Of a DNA stretch of 62,434 nucleotides, positions 62,005-62,434 are shown piece after piece. The stretch is from Tannerella sp. Its GTDB lineage: Bacteria; Bacteroidota; Bacteroidia; Bacteroidales; Tannerellaceae. The number at the start of each line of letters is the position of its first letter. Within the stretch, counting starts at the first letter, position 1. The stretch is from positions 1 through 62,434 of the forward strand of contig JAIROL010000172.1 of NCBI GenBank assembly GCA_031257565.1, in the 5' to 3' direction. The notes below the pieces were generated by a model, which made no database searches, was not told the origin of the DNA, and was given only the letters and a program-made list of their open reading frames with translations. Both the position numbers and the translations under genes were made by a program.

Positions 62005-62103
62005 GTCGGAACGATTCAAAAACCCTGCACCGGAATGTCCTACCTGCAAATTATTTGATTTTGCAAACGCTCCAGTGCGGGATGGTATAAATCGTCTTTC
62101 GAC
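62005..62103 (-). ncRNA. Candidate structured leader or ncRNA (~99-nt stem-loop) upstream of the NACHT gene
   Basis: Nested helices GUCG/CGAC, GACGAUUUA/UGAAUCGUU, CCCGCACUGGA/UCCGGUGC(A)GGG and UUUGCAAA/UUUGCAGG; the G-U wobbles form only on the minus strand. Confidence 0.5.
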
Positions 62104-62134
62104 AACACGTCCCTATGCCCCCATATTTCATCTA

Positions 62135-62165
62135 CAAAGATAGTTTTCGTATCCCGTTTCGCAAG
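62135..62165 (-). promoter_or_regulatory. Putative promoter of the NACHT operon
   Basis: Minus-strand CTTG (62165-62162), 19-nt spacer, TATCTTTG (62142-62135). Confidence 0.55.
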
Positions 62166-62434
62166 CGTTCAGGTATATTTTTTCCTCTGTTTTACGTAAA
62201 AAAATCTTCTTGAAAAATAACGATCTAATAATAAGACAGATATGATTAAGGATTTTGATTTTTGGTGCGTTGTACAACAAAATCGATTTGAAGCTTATGA
62301 AACTTTGGGCGCTTAAAATAGAAATGCACGTTCTTACTTACTTTGTTGTCGTCAGAATACGAGGATGGTCAGAATATCTGGCGTCGTCTATTTTACGGTC
62401 TATGTGGTCAATCCGGTGTCCCATATCTGTTCGT

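Noticed and set aside
62330-62434. Possible 3' end of a minus-strand gene at the window edge
   Set aside because: Too short to assign a frame or product.

Overview
This window looks like a Bacteroidales chromosome segment, judging by TAnnTTTG/TTTG promoters, a SusC/SusD locus and Bacteroides-type gene order. Most of it is housekeeping: hisHAF-IE-ftsE-lysC-lysA, fmt, PBP1A, tatCA, ahpCF, fabD, rlmI, dgt, pyrH-frr-rsgA, glyQS, cca and relA. The non-routine parts are: (1) a decayed aconitase-isocitrate dehydrogenase operon with large internal deletions; (2) a dispersed and tandem 94-bp repeat bounded by an ATGAAA core, which sits on gene start codons; (3) an accessory block with a metallophosphoesterase, a TPR two-component system and a surface lipoprotein; (4) an ECF-sigma/FecR PUL with two poorly characterised enzymes and a 142-bp MITE with long direct repeats; (5) at the right end, a three-gene minus-strand operon. 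That operon encodes a DUF4062-NACHT-beta-repeat NLR-like protein and two paralogous unknown helical proteins, one with a zinc ribbon and membrane anchor. It is preceded by a ~99-nt stem-loop whose G-U pairs form only on the sense strand, and it is the best candidate here for an undescribed system. No rRNA, tRNA or CRISPR array was seen. All family calls are from motif recognition only; no searches were run.
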